DNA of 64,000 nt from Desulfatiglandales bacterium (GTDB taxonomy: Bacteria > Desulfobacterota > DSM-4660 > Desulfatiglandales > HGW-15), in the NCBI GenBank assembly GCA_963667015.2, contig CAXXJJ010000001.1:2592001-2656000 (forward strand). The letters run 5' to 3'. A model generated the notes under the pieces. It was not told where the DNA came from. It searched no databases and was given only the letters and a program-made list of their open reading frames with translations. Position numbers and translations under genes: made by a program. Below are positions 19,001 to 27,942 of this stretch, piece after piece. The first letter of the stretch is position 1. Each line of letters begins with the position of its first letter.

Positions 19001-22000
19001 GTCTTCCACCACTGCGATATTGGCATTGCTGCTACCCCAGACCACGGTTTCGGAATCGGGGATCTGGTGGGTGAGAGTCACGGTTCCCTGGCCCGCCTTG
19101 ACCTCCGCGGTCGGCGGATTAACCTGGGCGTCGTCGCCGATGAGAAAAACGATTTTCTCGTACAATCCCAATTCACTGCGGGTGAGCTGGGATTGGCGCC
19201 CGTCCACCACCTTGAAATAGTGGGTTCCGGAAGAAGAATATGAGCTGCCGAATGTTCCGCTGCCCACGGTTTCCAGGGACGCCGGAATGTTTATTATCTG
19301 CATTGCGTGGCAATGGCTGAACGCGTAATCGCCGATTGCGGTCAGGGAGTCCGGCAGGGTGAGGTCCCTGAGATTGGTGCATCTATTGAAGCAATTATCA
19401 CCGATGCTGGTCAGGGATACCGGCAGAATGATTTCGGTCAGGCTGCTGCACCTTGAAAAACAGTCCGGGCCGATGGTTTTCAGATTTGCGGGCAGTTGAA
19501 TGTCTTGCAGGTTTTCACAAGCATGGAATATTCCTTCATTCAGGGCCGTTACACCATCGGAAATGGTGATTCGGATCATAGCCGTGCAGCCTGCAAAGGC
19601 CCAGTCGCCGATGGTTTCCAGATTTACCGGCAGGATTATCGGGGCCAGCCCGGTGCAGCCTGTAAAGCAGGACTCGCCGATGCGGGTCAGGGTGTCCGGA
19701 AAAATAAAACCCTTCAGATTGGTGCACTCGAAAAAGGCCCTGTTTGCAAGCTCTGTCAGGCCGGCGCACCCGCTGAAGTCCAGCGTCTTTTCAAGGGTCC
19801 AGTCAAAGGTTGATTTCTTGACCGTTGCGGACGTTATATCCGGATTACCGGACAGGTCAATGGCAGTGACACCGGTGAGGTACTGCATCAGGGACATGTC
19901 AGCATCCGTAAGGCCGCTGTTTGACAAATCCAGTTCGCCGGTAAGGGTTTTCAGTTCGGCCGAGGTCAAATCGCCGGTATAATCCGCTCCCTTGCCCAGG
20001 GCCTCTGCCAGCCGGCTTTTCAGGGTGTCGCTTTGGATGGGCACGACACCGTGGAGCTGGCCCGGCACCTTTTCTTTTACCTCGATGGTGATATCCGGAA
20101 TATTGCCCTTGTGGTAATAGGTCACCTTCTTCCACCAGGTCGGCCCGTACATGACCCAGACGTAACCGCCCCGTACATGGTAGGTGCCCGGCGGCGTGTC
20201 TTCCGGGACCATGAATCTGACTGACTGTATCTTTTCCAGTTCATAATCGACTACGGCGCTTGCTGAAGTCACTGTTTCCTGACCGGGAATGTCGGTTACA
20301 AAAATGGTATAGCTGTTGAGCAGGGAGGAAGTCATCCAGCTATCGTCATCCTCGGGATGGGCCTCGGCAATGGTCTGGATGTCCAGGTCCGGCAGGTTCA
20401 GGACCACCTGGTCCCCGGGCCAGATATCTTCGGTGTTGGCTATATTGACAGTGAATAATTGAGGATCGTAATCCTGGTTTTCTAGGACCGTGATGTGTAT
20501 ATCCGGCAGGATGCAAAAGCTTTTATCCGTCTGGGGCGCGGCCGTATTTGGCGGGGCCGTTCCCACCGACCTTTCGGAGTACAGGGCATCGCCGAACCAG
20601 TTGGTGTCGATGTGGCCGTTGGTAAGCACATAGTCACCGGCGGCGGTCAGTTCCACCTCCACATTGCTGAGGCTGTACTGGGCCGTGCCCCCTGTAATTA
20701 TCGAGTAGCGGGGCATCAACGTGTCATAGGTAATCCGGTTTGCAGACGGGTTATAGATGCGCGACACCTTGGGCACCGGGGTTGTCAGGCCGGTAAAATT
20801 GACGGTGACGATATCCCCTTCGTAAAAAAGCCCGGAACCGGCACGGGTGTTATTGACCACTGAAATGGCGCATTTTTTGGCCCGGATATTCACCACCTCG
20901 GTGGTGGCGCCGGAACTGCCTGCGGAGGTGATCACAATTGGGTTGTAACCGTTGATCAGGGGGACGGTAAAGCTATTGTCCGTGGGAGTGTAGACAGTGC
21001 CGTTAAGTTCGGCGATTAAAGTGGCGCCCTCGTCAGCAGTCACGGAAAAGGTAAAATCGATGCTCTCCCCGGTAAAATATATAATATCGTACTTGGTCAG
21101 GGTGATATCGGTCTCTATTGCCGGACCTGCGGCGTTGGCCGCCTTGACATTGACGGCCAACAGTGGCTTCTGGCCGGTGTAGTCCGGGTAGGAAATCTGG
21201 AACACTGCCACGCCTTCGGAAAGACCCCGGATGTAGTAGAGGGTGTCCTCCGCCGAATCGGTGGGGTCCTCCTTTTCTACCAGGGCCACCTGATCGCCTT
21301 TGATGCAGGTGAAAATCAAATCTTCGCGGTTGTAGGCCTGGTCATCTAACCCCACCCTGGGGGTATCCAGGATAACGATCACCTGGCGATCACCCACTGT
21401 GACGTCAAGGGCCAGGGTGCTTAACAGGAAATCCTCTTCGTAATCCTGGGCCTGCAAATCCACAAAGGGGATGCCTGCTGCATCCTGCATCCAGTAGATG
21501 GCCTCGCCCAGGCCTATCTTGCGGTCTCCGTCAATATGTTCGCTGGCCAGTATCTCATCCGAGCTGGCCTGGCCGGTTAAAATTTTAAGGGCACGTATCG
21601 TATCGCCCAGGTCACTCTCGCCGGTGTAGGCCGAAGCGTTGACGCCGGACAAAAGGATTATCGATATGATCATTAAGGGGAGTAAGAAAAGACCCGCTGT
21701 TTTTTTATTCATTATATTTTTCATCCATTTCCTGCGGAGGCAGATAGCCATGCCCAGGACGGATAAAAATAGAGCAATCAGGGCCCAGGGCAGGTTGGCG
21801 GACTTCATTCCTCCGGACAGGGTTTCGATAAAACAGCTGTCTCCGCCGGATGCGTTTTTGTTGGCTCCGCTTATATTTGTACCCAGACCACCGGGATCTA
21901 CAATTCGGCCGTTTTCGATTCCGTCTTCATCGCCGTAATCCCCGTCTTTGAGGGTCAGTTCAATTGATCTCCGGTCAGAGGAAAATTCCGAGTAATCCGT

Positions 22001-23638
22001 GTAATCGATCCATGATTGCTGAAGTGCATCGTATTTCCACCAGGTCATATCTTCGGAAACCGCGTCATCAAAATGGATGGTGACTCTAACTGTGCCGTCG
22101 CCCGAATCGTCATCGTCAAGCGCCATGTTGAATCCCACAAGACCGTAGGGTGTTTCCAGCCCCTCAGGCATGGCAGAAACGGCCGTATCATCCATATCAT
22201 CCAGATGCAGGGACGAAATTTGTCTGATTTCGGCATTGTCCGGCTGGACGATGCCAAGGTTCAGGCTCTCGCCGGCTGAACGGATACCGATGACATCCGC
22301 TTCAAAGGCCGCAAGCTCCTCCTCTGTCAAAGACTGGTCTTCAGGCACAAGAACGCCGTTGGTGACGGCAAATCCTTCAGGTAGGGCCTGCGTCTTAAAC
22401 CGGGTAAAATCCGACCATTCCGAGGACATGGCGCCTGCCGGGCAATCATCGTAAAACATGGCGCGTACGGCGTAGGAGGTGTCCGGTTGGAGATAAAAAT
22501 CCGGAACGATCAGGGTTGTCAGGTTTGTGAAGCTGTCCGCCCAGTACACAATAAAAGTTTCGTCAATGACAGATCCGTCAGTGTCGATCAGGTCATCCAG
22601 TTCCATCCCGCTGTCGGTAAGTGCGGAAAGGTCCACAATCTGCCATTCGGTTTCTCCATGGCCGTTACTGGCATCGTAAAAGGCCTCTGTTTCAAGGATT
22701 GGTGTAAGCACTGTAGCGCCGGTAACAGCCGCCATAACAGGTTTTTCCGGAGCATCATTGACAAAATTTGCAGTGATACCGCCCTCGGCCACGTTGACGC
22801 TGGTTGTATAACTGCCATAGTCCGCATGGGAAAAACTGATCTGAAGTTCTGCCGAGGCCTCGGAGTTTGACAGGGTAACTTCAAAATTTCCCTGATCATC
22901 GGTTGTCGCTGTGGTCGTTCTGCCTGTCAGGGGAGAGTATATGGTTATCTGGGTATTGCCGATTGCCTGGCCGTCAAAACTCAGGGCGCCGGAAATCAGG
23001 GCCTCGGATGTATCGGTAATTGTTACAGTGCCCTGAACGATCGCGGAGACTTCGATCTCTTCGAAAGATGTCTCCGACAACTGGGTGACAAGCATTGCGG
23101 TCTGCTCGCCCGATGCATCGTAACCGGCATTCTCGTTATCGATCATTGATGGTTCAACTGTGACGGAAACCGTATCACTGTATTCCAGGCCCGTGGCCGT
23201 GAAATAAATCGTGCACAGTGTGGTGTTGTTTGTCCCCGCGGAACGTGCGCGCACACCGGCGATACGGGCGCCGCCGATGGAGGCGCTCTCCTCGCCGATT
23301 ACCAGGGGACTGTTATAGGTGACGTTGTCTACTGTCACACTTTCCGGAGGATCATTGTATGCATCCGCAGCTTCAAACTGTTCGGCAAAGGTGTCGAAAA
23401 AAGTGCTCTCCACCGATGTCATGGTCAGGTGCTCAGTATCGTAGCGAACGGTAAAGGCCGCTCCCAGAATATACTGGGGATCATCCACATCAATATCTAT
23501 GCTGAATCCGGTATTGGCCAGATCATACTCTGCATCGTTCACGGTGATGGTCACCGGAGATGGCGATGCATAAACGGACGTTACCGTCAGCAGGGTCCAT
23601 ATAATAAGACTTGTTAATAGTTTTAATCCTCTTATCAT
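16004..23638 (-). CDS. Giant surface protein, probably two fused genes: [cohesin-like, choice-of-anchor-U-like, GG-CFI sorting motif, TM] + [signal peptide, dockerin-like, three modules of LRR cap/BspA LRR/Ig-like 2, with cadherin-like domains between them]
   Basis: Start ATG 23638 after GGAG. GAAFTVRYD cohesin-like pattern; LTLKDGDYGDEDG..NGRIVDPGG; GGDSCFIETL+TM+RRK; second signal peptide from 21724; many LPxxLxxIGxxxFxxCxxL repeats; VVWSSTNPDVAEV..GVVTGVSAG. Confidence 0.8.
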   Translation of the reverse strand: MIRGLKLLTSLIIWTLLTVTSVYASPSPVTITVNDAEYDLANTGFSIDIDVDDPQYILGAAFTVRYDTEHLTMTSVESTFFDTFAEQFEAADAYNDPPESVTVDNVTYNSPLVIGEESASIGGARIAGVRARSAGTNNTTLCTIYFTATGLEYSDTVSVTVEPSMIDNENAGYDASGEQTAMLVTQLSETSFEEIEVSAIVQGTVTITDTSEALISGALSFDGQAIGNTQITIYSPLTGRTTTATTDDQGNFEVTLSNSEASAELQISFSHADYGSYTTSVNVAEGGITANFVNDAPEKPVMAAVTGATVLTPILETEAFYDASNGHGETEWQIVDLSALTDSGMELDDLIDTDGSVIDETFIVYWADSFTNLTTLIVPDFYLQPDTSYAVRAMFYDDCPAGAMSSEWSDFTRFKTQALPEGFAVTNGVLVPEDQSLTEEELAAFEADVIGIRSAGESLNLGIVQPDNAEIRQISSLHLDDMDDTAVSAMPEGLETPYGLVGFNMALDDDDSGDGTVRVTIHFDDAVSEDMTWWKYDALQQSWIDYTDYSEFSSDRRSIELTLKDGDYGDEDGIENGRIVDPGGLGTNISGANKNASGGDSCFIETLSGGMKSANLPWALIALFLSVLGMAICLRRKWMKNIMNKKTAGLFLLPLMIISIILLSGVNASAYTGESDLGDTIRALKILTGQASSDEILASEHIDGDRKIGLGEAIYWMQDAAGIPFVDLQAQDYEEDFLLSTLALDVTVGDRQVIVILDTPRVGLDDQAYNREDLIFTCIKGDQVALVEKEDPTDSAEDTLYYIRGLSEGVAVFQISYPDYTGQKPLLAVNVKAANAAGPAIETDITLTKYDIIYFTGESIDFTFSVTADEGATLIAELNGTVYTPTDNSFTVPLINGYNPIVITSAGSSGATTEVVNIRAKKCAISVVNNTRAGSGLFYEGDIVTVNFTGLTTPVPKVSRIYNPSANRITYDTLMPRYSIITGGTAQYSLSNVEVELTAAGDYVLTNGHIDTNWFGDALYSERSVGTAPPNTAAPQTDKSFCILPDIHITVLENQDYDPQLFTVNIANTEDIWPGDQVVLNLPDLDIQTIAEAHPEDDDSWMTSSLLNSYTIFVTDIPGQETVTSASAVVDYELEKIQSVRFMVPEDTPPGTYHVRGGYVWVMYGPTWWKKVTYYHKGNIPDITIEVKEKVPGQLHGVVPIQSDTLKSRLAEALGKGADYTGDLTSAELKTLTGELDLSNSGLTDADMSLMQYLTGVTAIDLSGNPDITSATVKKSTFDWTLEKTLDFSGCAGLTELANRAFFECTNLKGFIFPDTLTRIGESCFTGCTGLAPIILPVNLETIGDWAFAGCTAMIRITISDGVTALNEGIFHACENLQDIQLPANLKTIGPDCFSRCSSLTEIILPVSLTSIGDNCFNRCTNLRDLTLPDSLTAIGDYAFSHCHAMQIINIPASLETVGSGTFGSSYSSSGTHYFKVVDGRQSQLTRSELGLYEKIVFLIGDDAQVNPPTAEVKAGQGTVTLTHQIPDSETVVWGSSNANIAVVEDGVVSGVSGGIAYIYVKSESDSHSGYCRVTVTDNGLATLSSLELSGIDLNHNFDSLAYIYTADIAGDIRTTSVTLDATDSGSILTLNNETVTAGSTTEVDLTYPETVLTITVTSGGITKTYTITIDMAAVTEKEDGQVAIGNPAIKDRLAVAAGKDAGIYTENLTVTELAAITGTIDLSATDLNNWDMAVMKYLTGVSAIDLSDNTALTWSLSPAPFDWTTPKSLDFSGCTGIERFVNDGFREIENLTGIVLPETMTRIDTYSFMGCTRLSSVVLPLSLKYIGTSAFKDCTSLIQIDLPDGLETLESGSFSVSGLKSIILPSSLTSIGSGSFEECGQLHDLTIPAGVTEIGYGCFKDSALGLLDLRQTAFTAADTADWLIPDIALVVYPGAQSAGLDTTTAELNIGEADLTLSHAIPDGLAVVWSSTNPDVAEVSADGVVTGVSAGTALILVSSEDGTYFDYCRVTFTETESPGLAALSLTGATPDQAFDPLRVYYTAGGDYFTPLQITATPADAASTLSVNGSAVAAGTPSDPVDLSAGENIFKVAVTTGSSIRTYTIVVTLEAVYEGETSVSIANTAFMQRLAVAAGKGSDYNGPLTYDELGAIQFDLDLSNLDLTDADMAVMKYLRSVSTIDLSGNTALTPASATGAVFDWTMLSSLDFSGCTGITEILDNAFEVYEYLSGIALPETVTHLGESCFAGTGLVSVTLPGTISSMGTEIFKDCIALTQADLSQVPVTVLADGRELFEGCTAITDMADIVLPEGITALPMGFFSGCTGITAINLPSSITALGDSVFASTGITEADLSGMTQLGQGVVRYCANLRQVVLPEGITNLDGSFAGCTSLTTVDLPDSLTTIGGWTFRESGITHLVVPAGVTSIGLFCFQDSNALAILDLSATSLSSMSIRMARVPSTTTVLFMADDAGLSATELTMAAEETTTLTHAIPGDKTVTWLSSNTAVATVSGEGVVTAVAPGIALIAVQADDGTYNGTCEVTVTAVP

Positions 23639-23776
23639 AACCTGTTCTCCTTTAAATTTGTGTTGATAAAAAAAATCCCCGGATTGAAACAATATTCCAA
23701 TCCGGGGATTCCCTTTGATTTCCTCGAGATCTTCTTATACCCGTCCATGCCGTAGGACGGATAATATTTTTAATCA

Positions 23777-23938
23777 TTCAGGCAGGTCTTCTGACTTTCG
23801 GATCAACCTAATAACCGAGCCTTCCCATTCCGATTAATCGGAACAGTGACATATTTCGGCTTTCGTCCCCGAATACAGCGGCGGGCCCGCTCCGGATTCT
23901 CACCGGATTCCCTTTTCAGCTTAAGATAAGCACCTGAA
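23777..23938 (-). promoter_or_regulatory. Cobalamin riboswitch
   Basis: AAGGGAATCCGGTGAGAATCCGG...CCCGCCGCTGTA...TGGGAAGG...AAGTCAGAAGACCTGCC; terminator AATCCCCGGATTG..CAATCCGGGGATT plus T-run at ~23668-23710. Confidence 0.95.
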
Positions 23939-23985
23939 TGTCTTATATATTCATTCTTATAATGGACTCAGTATGTCCTCCTTGT

Positions 23986-25464
23986 TTAAAAAAGAATTGA
24001 AATGAAGCATCCTCCTCCGCCTCCTCCTTTATCATCTCCGCCCTCATCACCTGGATTGGGACCGGGGTTAGGACCGGGATCGTTATCCTCAATGGTTCCG
24101 GGAGCAACATCGGCAAAGGCATCGATCTCTCCTTCCGCAAACTCTCCCTCAAGCCCCTGCACCCTGATGTATTGAATCCATTCATAGCCCGATTCCGAAA
24201 GGTCAAAACCCGTCCCTCCGGCAGAGCCTTTGTACATGGCGATGGCCTCGGCGGCTGTTTTTCCCTCGAAATCCTCAAGTGTAAGGGCGGGATTTACCGG
24301 TCTGGTCCAGTCCATTTCCGTGTCTGTCCATTGGCTGTTTTCCTCGTCCCAATCGTATGCCTGGGTGGGAAACAGGTTGTCTCCGTAGGGGCCGTTATCA
24401 TAGGTGTACCAGGTTTCACCGTCCTGACTCACTGAAACCGTGACCTTTTCAAACCACCCGCCGCCGCTGAGTAGCGCCTTGTTCATGTCCGAATCGTCGT
24501 TGACAGACTCTCCGCCCAGGGAGAAAAAGGAATTACCGAATACGATAAAATCGATGCCGTATGGGTTTTCCGAATCATCCAGGACCTTGTGGTCGAAGCG
24601 TACCGTGATGTGCGAACCGGGGTTGAGGGTTGTAATCAGGGGTTCATCATCCAGGCCGTAGACATAGGCGGGCTCAACGATTTTGACCCGGCTTGTGACG
24701 CCGGCGCCGTCCTGGAACTGCGTGGCCGGCTTGCCGAGCAGGGCTTCGGGATAGCTGTAGGCGCCATCACCAAACGGCCCCTCATAATCCACCAGGGCTG
24801 CGGCATAAGGCGAAGGAGCAGCGGCAGCAGCCAGGTTTTCCATGTCCGGGGGTGAGTTTTCACTTATCAAATCGAACCCGTCATACTGAACCAGTCTCCA
24901 GCCGTCCCAGGTGCCGTTGGCAAGTACCCGGGAGGTGATGCCTGTGTTGGACGCTGACCAGTCATCGTTGGCACTCTCCTTTAACGTGTAAAACCAGAAA
25001 TTTTCATACCATCCCTCCTGGTGCAGGTCATCGATGTCTTCCGCGTATCCGTCCTCGTTGGACAGGTGAGGTGTGCCTTCATAGGACTGATAGTCGTAGG
25101 TGCCCTCCACATAGGTAAATCCGTCACAGTCCATATCATAGCCAAGCCCGTAAACAGTGCTGCCCTCCGGGTTTGTCCACTCCTCGAAAATGGCGAACAG
25201 CCGGTCATCGGCCTCAACGATTGCCTTGATCATATCCTCGCCGGTGGCACTCCCGTCCCAGCGAAAACCCCATGCCAGGGTGGTTTTGTCATGTGTACCG
25301 TCATCCCATTCGATCACCAGAACTGCCCGGTTTTCTCCGGAACCGACCCAGAATTCGATATCATCCACGGTTAAACCAAAGGCTGGATTTTCCACCTGAA
25401 AGAGAAACGATAAGGTCGTTGCCAGTATAAACAACACCATTTGAATCCTACGAATGCGCATCAT
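23986..25464 (-). CDS. Secreted surface protein with a BtuH-like C-terminal domain and Gly-rich CFI tail
   Basis: Signal peptide; DIEFWVGSGENRAVLVIEW...LAWGFRWDG domain; ITVRFDH...DFIVFGNSF...VSVSQDGETW...FDL...IQYIRV; ends GGGGGGCFISILF. Confidence 0.6.
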   Translation of the reverse strand: MMRIRRIQMVLFILATTLSFLFQVENPAFGLTVDDIEFWVGSGENRAVLVIEWDDGTHDKTTLAWGFRWDGSATGEDMIKAIVEADDRLFAIFEEWTNPEGSTVYGLGYDMDCDGFTYVEGTYDYQSYEGTPHLSNEDGYAEDIDDLHQEGWYENFWFYTLKESANDDWSASNTGITSRVLANGTWDGWRLVQYDGFDLISENSPPDMENLAAAAAPSPYAAALVDYEGPFGDGAYSYPEALLGKPATQFQDGAGVTSRVKIVEPAYVYGLDDEPLITTLNPGSHITVRFDHKVLDDSENPYGIDFIVFGNSFFSLGGESVNDDSDMNKALLSGGGWFEKVTVSVSQDGETWYTYDNGPYGDNLFPTQAYDWDEENSQWTDTEMDWTRPVNPALTLEDFEGKTAAEAIAMYKGSAGGTGFDLSESGYEWIQYIRVQGLEGEFAEGEIDAFADVAPGTIEDNDPGPNPGPNPGDEGGDDKGGGGGGCFISILF

Positions 25465-25589
25465 GTTATTTTTTCACTCCCTTTTTCAATCCGATGTTCC
25501 CGGCGGGAATACATCGTTTTTTCCGTTTTATTGCGAAGCGCAAGGTCTAATGCCTTATCGCTTGCGGCGGTTAAGATCGAGTTAATCAT

Positions 25590-25630
25590 TCTTTGATACC
25601 CCGTTGCTTGAAGCGGGGTAGTTCATTTTT
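25590..25630. repeat. Palindromic REP-like element
   Basis: TACCCCGTT-gcttg-AAGCGGGGTA; related to hairpins at ~39887-39935 and in the 10862-11011 insert. Confidence 0.4.
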
Positions 25631-25650
25631 ACCGCGATTGCGGTGTATCC

Positions 25651-27942
25651 TCATTGAAAGCAAAATACGGTTTTTAACGGCGGCAGTCCTGTTTCCACAA
25701 AGCCGATCTCGGCATCGGTTTCAGGATCGATTAACACGATGCCGTTGTCGGTCCGGTTGCAAACCCATAGCCGCCCTTTGTTATCCAGGCTGACGCCCGC
25801 CTCCATCACTGTAATGTTTTTTCCTGACAGATAATCCAGCGCTGTAATGCTGCCGGTATCGGCCCGGCCTGCATCATTTAACCGGAAGGCGTAAAGGCTG
25901 TTGTCGTTCCAGCCTACATATCCCACGAAATACCCTTTTTGGGGTGAAACCATGACCATGCCCGAAATATTTCCCCAGGGCAGTTCATCCTCATCATTGG
26001 CCCGCTCGCCGTCATCAAGCACCAGCAGGGTTGTATATGATTCCGGTTCCACGGCCTCTATGCCGCCGGTGTCTTTACCCGAATAGCCGGTCATGGGATA
26101 GGTCCCCACGCCCTGTACATAGATGGTGTGGTTCTCGGGCAAAAACTGCATGGAAATGGGGTTTTCTATCTCCAGGGGAATGCCTTTGAGCGTTTCGCCG
26201 GTTACATCGTTTACCGTGCCGTATCCGGTATCGATTTCCGTGTCTGAATCGGTATCGAACACCGCCACATAGGCCCGGTTGGGCTGCCAGATACCGGACG
26301 AGTGGGTTCTGTCCATGCGCTGCATGACGATATAAAGCCTGCCATCGACCAGGACGCCCTGTGCCATCTCTGGTATGCCGTCCTGGTCTCCGTAAACGCT
26401 TAAATCAAGCTCTCCGGTTTTGAAAGATGTTTCATCGGTTGCCGATGGATTGACAATCCATGCCCGGGCCGAGCCATACCGGATCAGGTAGGCCTTTTGA
26501 TCACTGACAAAAACGAGGTCGTAAGGATTTGAGCTGGCACCGTCAACCGTTGCTTCAAGGGCCGAGTATTGCCAGATCGCGCTTTCCGGATCATTGATGC
26601 TGAACTTGGCCACGCTGTCATGAAGATACCGTTCAATGCGGTAGAAATGGCTCCCATGGGCGACCATGGTAATGTCTGACGTGGTGGGCAGGATATTTTT
26701 CCATACTTCGAGGGAATCCACGTCAACAATGGTGTGAGCGCCTGCTGAAAAGTCCGTTGCCGCTGTGGCAATGGCGGCGGTAAATTTTCCGGCATGGATA
26801 ACCTTGCGTGCGATACCGACACCGCCCGCGCCCATGACCCGGACCGCCACGGTATGGCGTCCTGCGCTGCTGAATGTGTGGTCCGGATCAATACCGGTCA
26901 GGGAGGCGCTGTCTCCGAAATCCCAGATATAGTCAAAAACCGCGCCATCAGCCTGCGCTTCAAAGCTGACGGTCAAAGGGACCTCGCCGTTATCCGCCGA
27001 AGTCGTCAAGGTAACCGAAGGCGGGGGAATGGCGGTTGTAAATGCATAGACACTGGTTTCCTTAAAGGCGAGTGTCCCATCCCCGGTGGCCACCGTGAGC
27101 GAGACATTGTAACTGCCGTAATCCTCAAACCGGTGCGCGGTATCTTTATCATCACTGGTCAATCCGTCATCAAAATCCCAGGTGTAGCTGTTGATCTTTC
27201 CCACAGAGAGGTTGGTAAAGGCGATATCCAAAGGAATGTACCCATAAGATACATCACAGATCAGCGCCGGAATGGCGGACGGAAAGCCATAGGATGTATC
27301 GATGTCGATATCTTCCCGGTCCAGGGTGTGGATAATCAGCACTGCCTCGTCTAGGGTCTCTGCCGTGAAATTGGATTCAAGGCTCTGCATGGCCAGCGTA
27401 AGTCCTGAATCGCGGTCTGCTGCCAGACACGCTGTGAAGGGGTCGGTTTCGATGGAAAATTGCTCTTTCAGGGTAGAGGTCACTATATCGTGAGAGAGGC
27501 CGCATTCCAGTATCTGGCTAACTGCCAGCGAGGTAATTTCATTGGCTGCGACCACATCCCCGGCGTTCCGGATCACGGTGGAGACGGCGCAGTAATTCCC
27601 ATCGGCACTGCCCACAAGGTTTAAATAAAGGGGATAGTCATGATCGATGTACAGATTTACCCGGCATTGATCGGAATCCCACTCCCAATCGCTTCCTTCA
27701 TAGAGTTCCACCACATCCGCCGGAGTCGGTCCGACAATTTCTTCCACCCGATACATGGCCGTAAAATCGGAATTGACACCGGGAACGACTGCTGCGGTAA
27801 CACCGGACCTTTCAGGCCTCTGCGGAGGATCATCGCCTTTATCGCTGCAGGCGAAGATAACCGCTGACACTATAATACAGAGCCTTAATTTTATACCGGT
27901 TTTTTTAAGAAATAAACAATGTTTCATAAGTTTGCCTGTCAC
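25651..27942 (-). CDS. Lipoprotein with two PKD domains and a C-terminal beta-propeller (BtuG/YncE-like)
   Basis: Lipobox VIFA|C; YTWDFDDG and YIWDFGD PKD motifs; SNPYDLVFVSDQKAYLIRY, GRLYIVMQR, GRLWVCNR blades; start overlaps the receptor stop. Confidence 0.7.
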   Translation of the reverse strand: MTGKLMKHCLFLKKTGIKLRLCIIVSAVIFACSDKGDDPPQRPERSGVTAAVVPGVNSDFTAMYRVEEIVGPTPADVVELYEGSDWEWDSDQCRVNLYIDHDYPLYLNLVGSADGNYCAVSTVIRNAGDVVAANEITSLAVSQILECGLSHDIVTSTLKEQFSIETDPFTACLAADRDSGLTLAMQSLESNFTAETLDEAVLIIHTLDREDIDIDTSYGFPSAIPALICDVSYGYIPLDIAFTNLSVGKINSYTWDFDDGLTSDDKDTAHRFEDYGSYNVSLTVATGDGTLAFKETSVYAFTTAIPPPSVTLTTSADNGEVPLTVSFEAQADGAVFDYIWDFGDSASLTGIDPDHTFSSAGRHTVAVRVMGAGGVGIARKVIHAGKFTAAIATAATDFSAGAHTIVDVDSLEVWKNILPTTSDITMVAHGSHFYRIERYLHDSVAKFSINDPESAIWQYSALEATVDGASSNPYDLVFVSDQKAYLIRYGSARAWIVNPSATDETSFKTGELDLSVYGDQDGIPEMAQGVLVDGRLYIVMQRMDRTHSSGIWQPNRAYVAVFDTDSDTEIDTGYGTVNDVTGETLKGIPLEIENPISMQFLPENHTIYVQGVGTYPMTGYSGKDTGGIEAVEPESYTTLLVLDDGERANDEDELPWGNISGMVMVSPQKGYFVGYVGWNDNSLYAFRLNDAGRADTGSITALDYLSGKNITVMEAGVSLDNKGRLWVCNRTDNGIVLIDPETDAEIGFVETGLPPLKTVFCFQ

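Noticed and set aside
16047..20863. Long plus-strand ORFs (386, 244, 223 aa and others)
   Set aside because: Antisense shadows of the GC-rich repetitive surface protein gene
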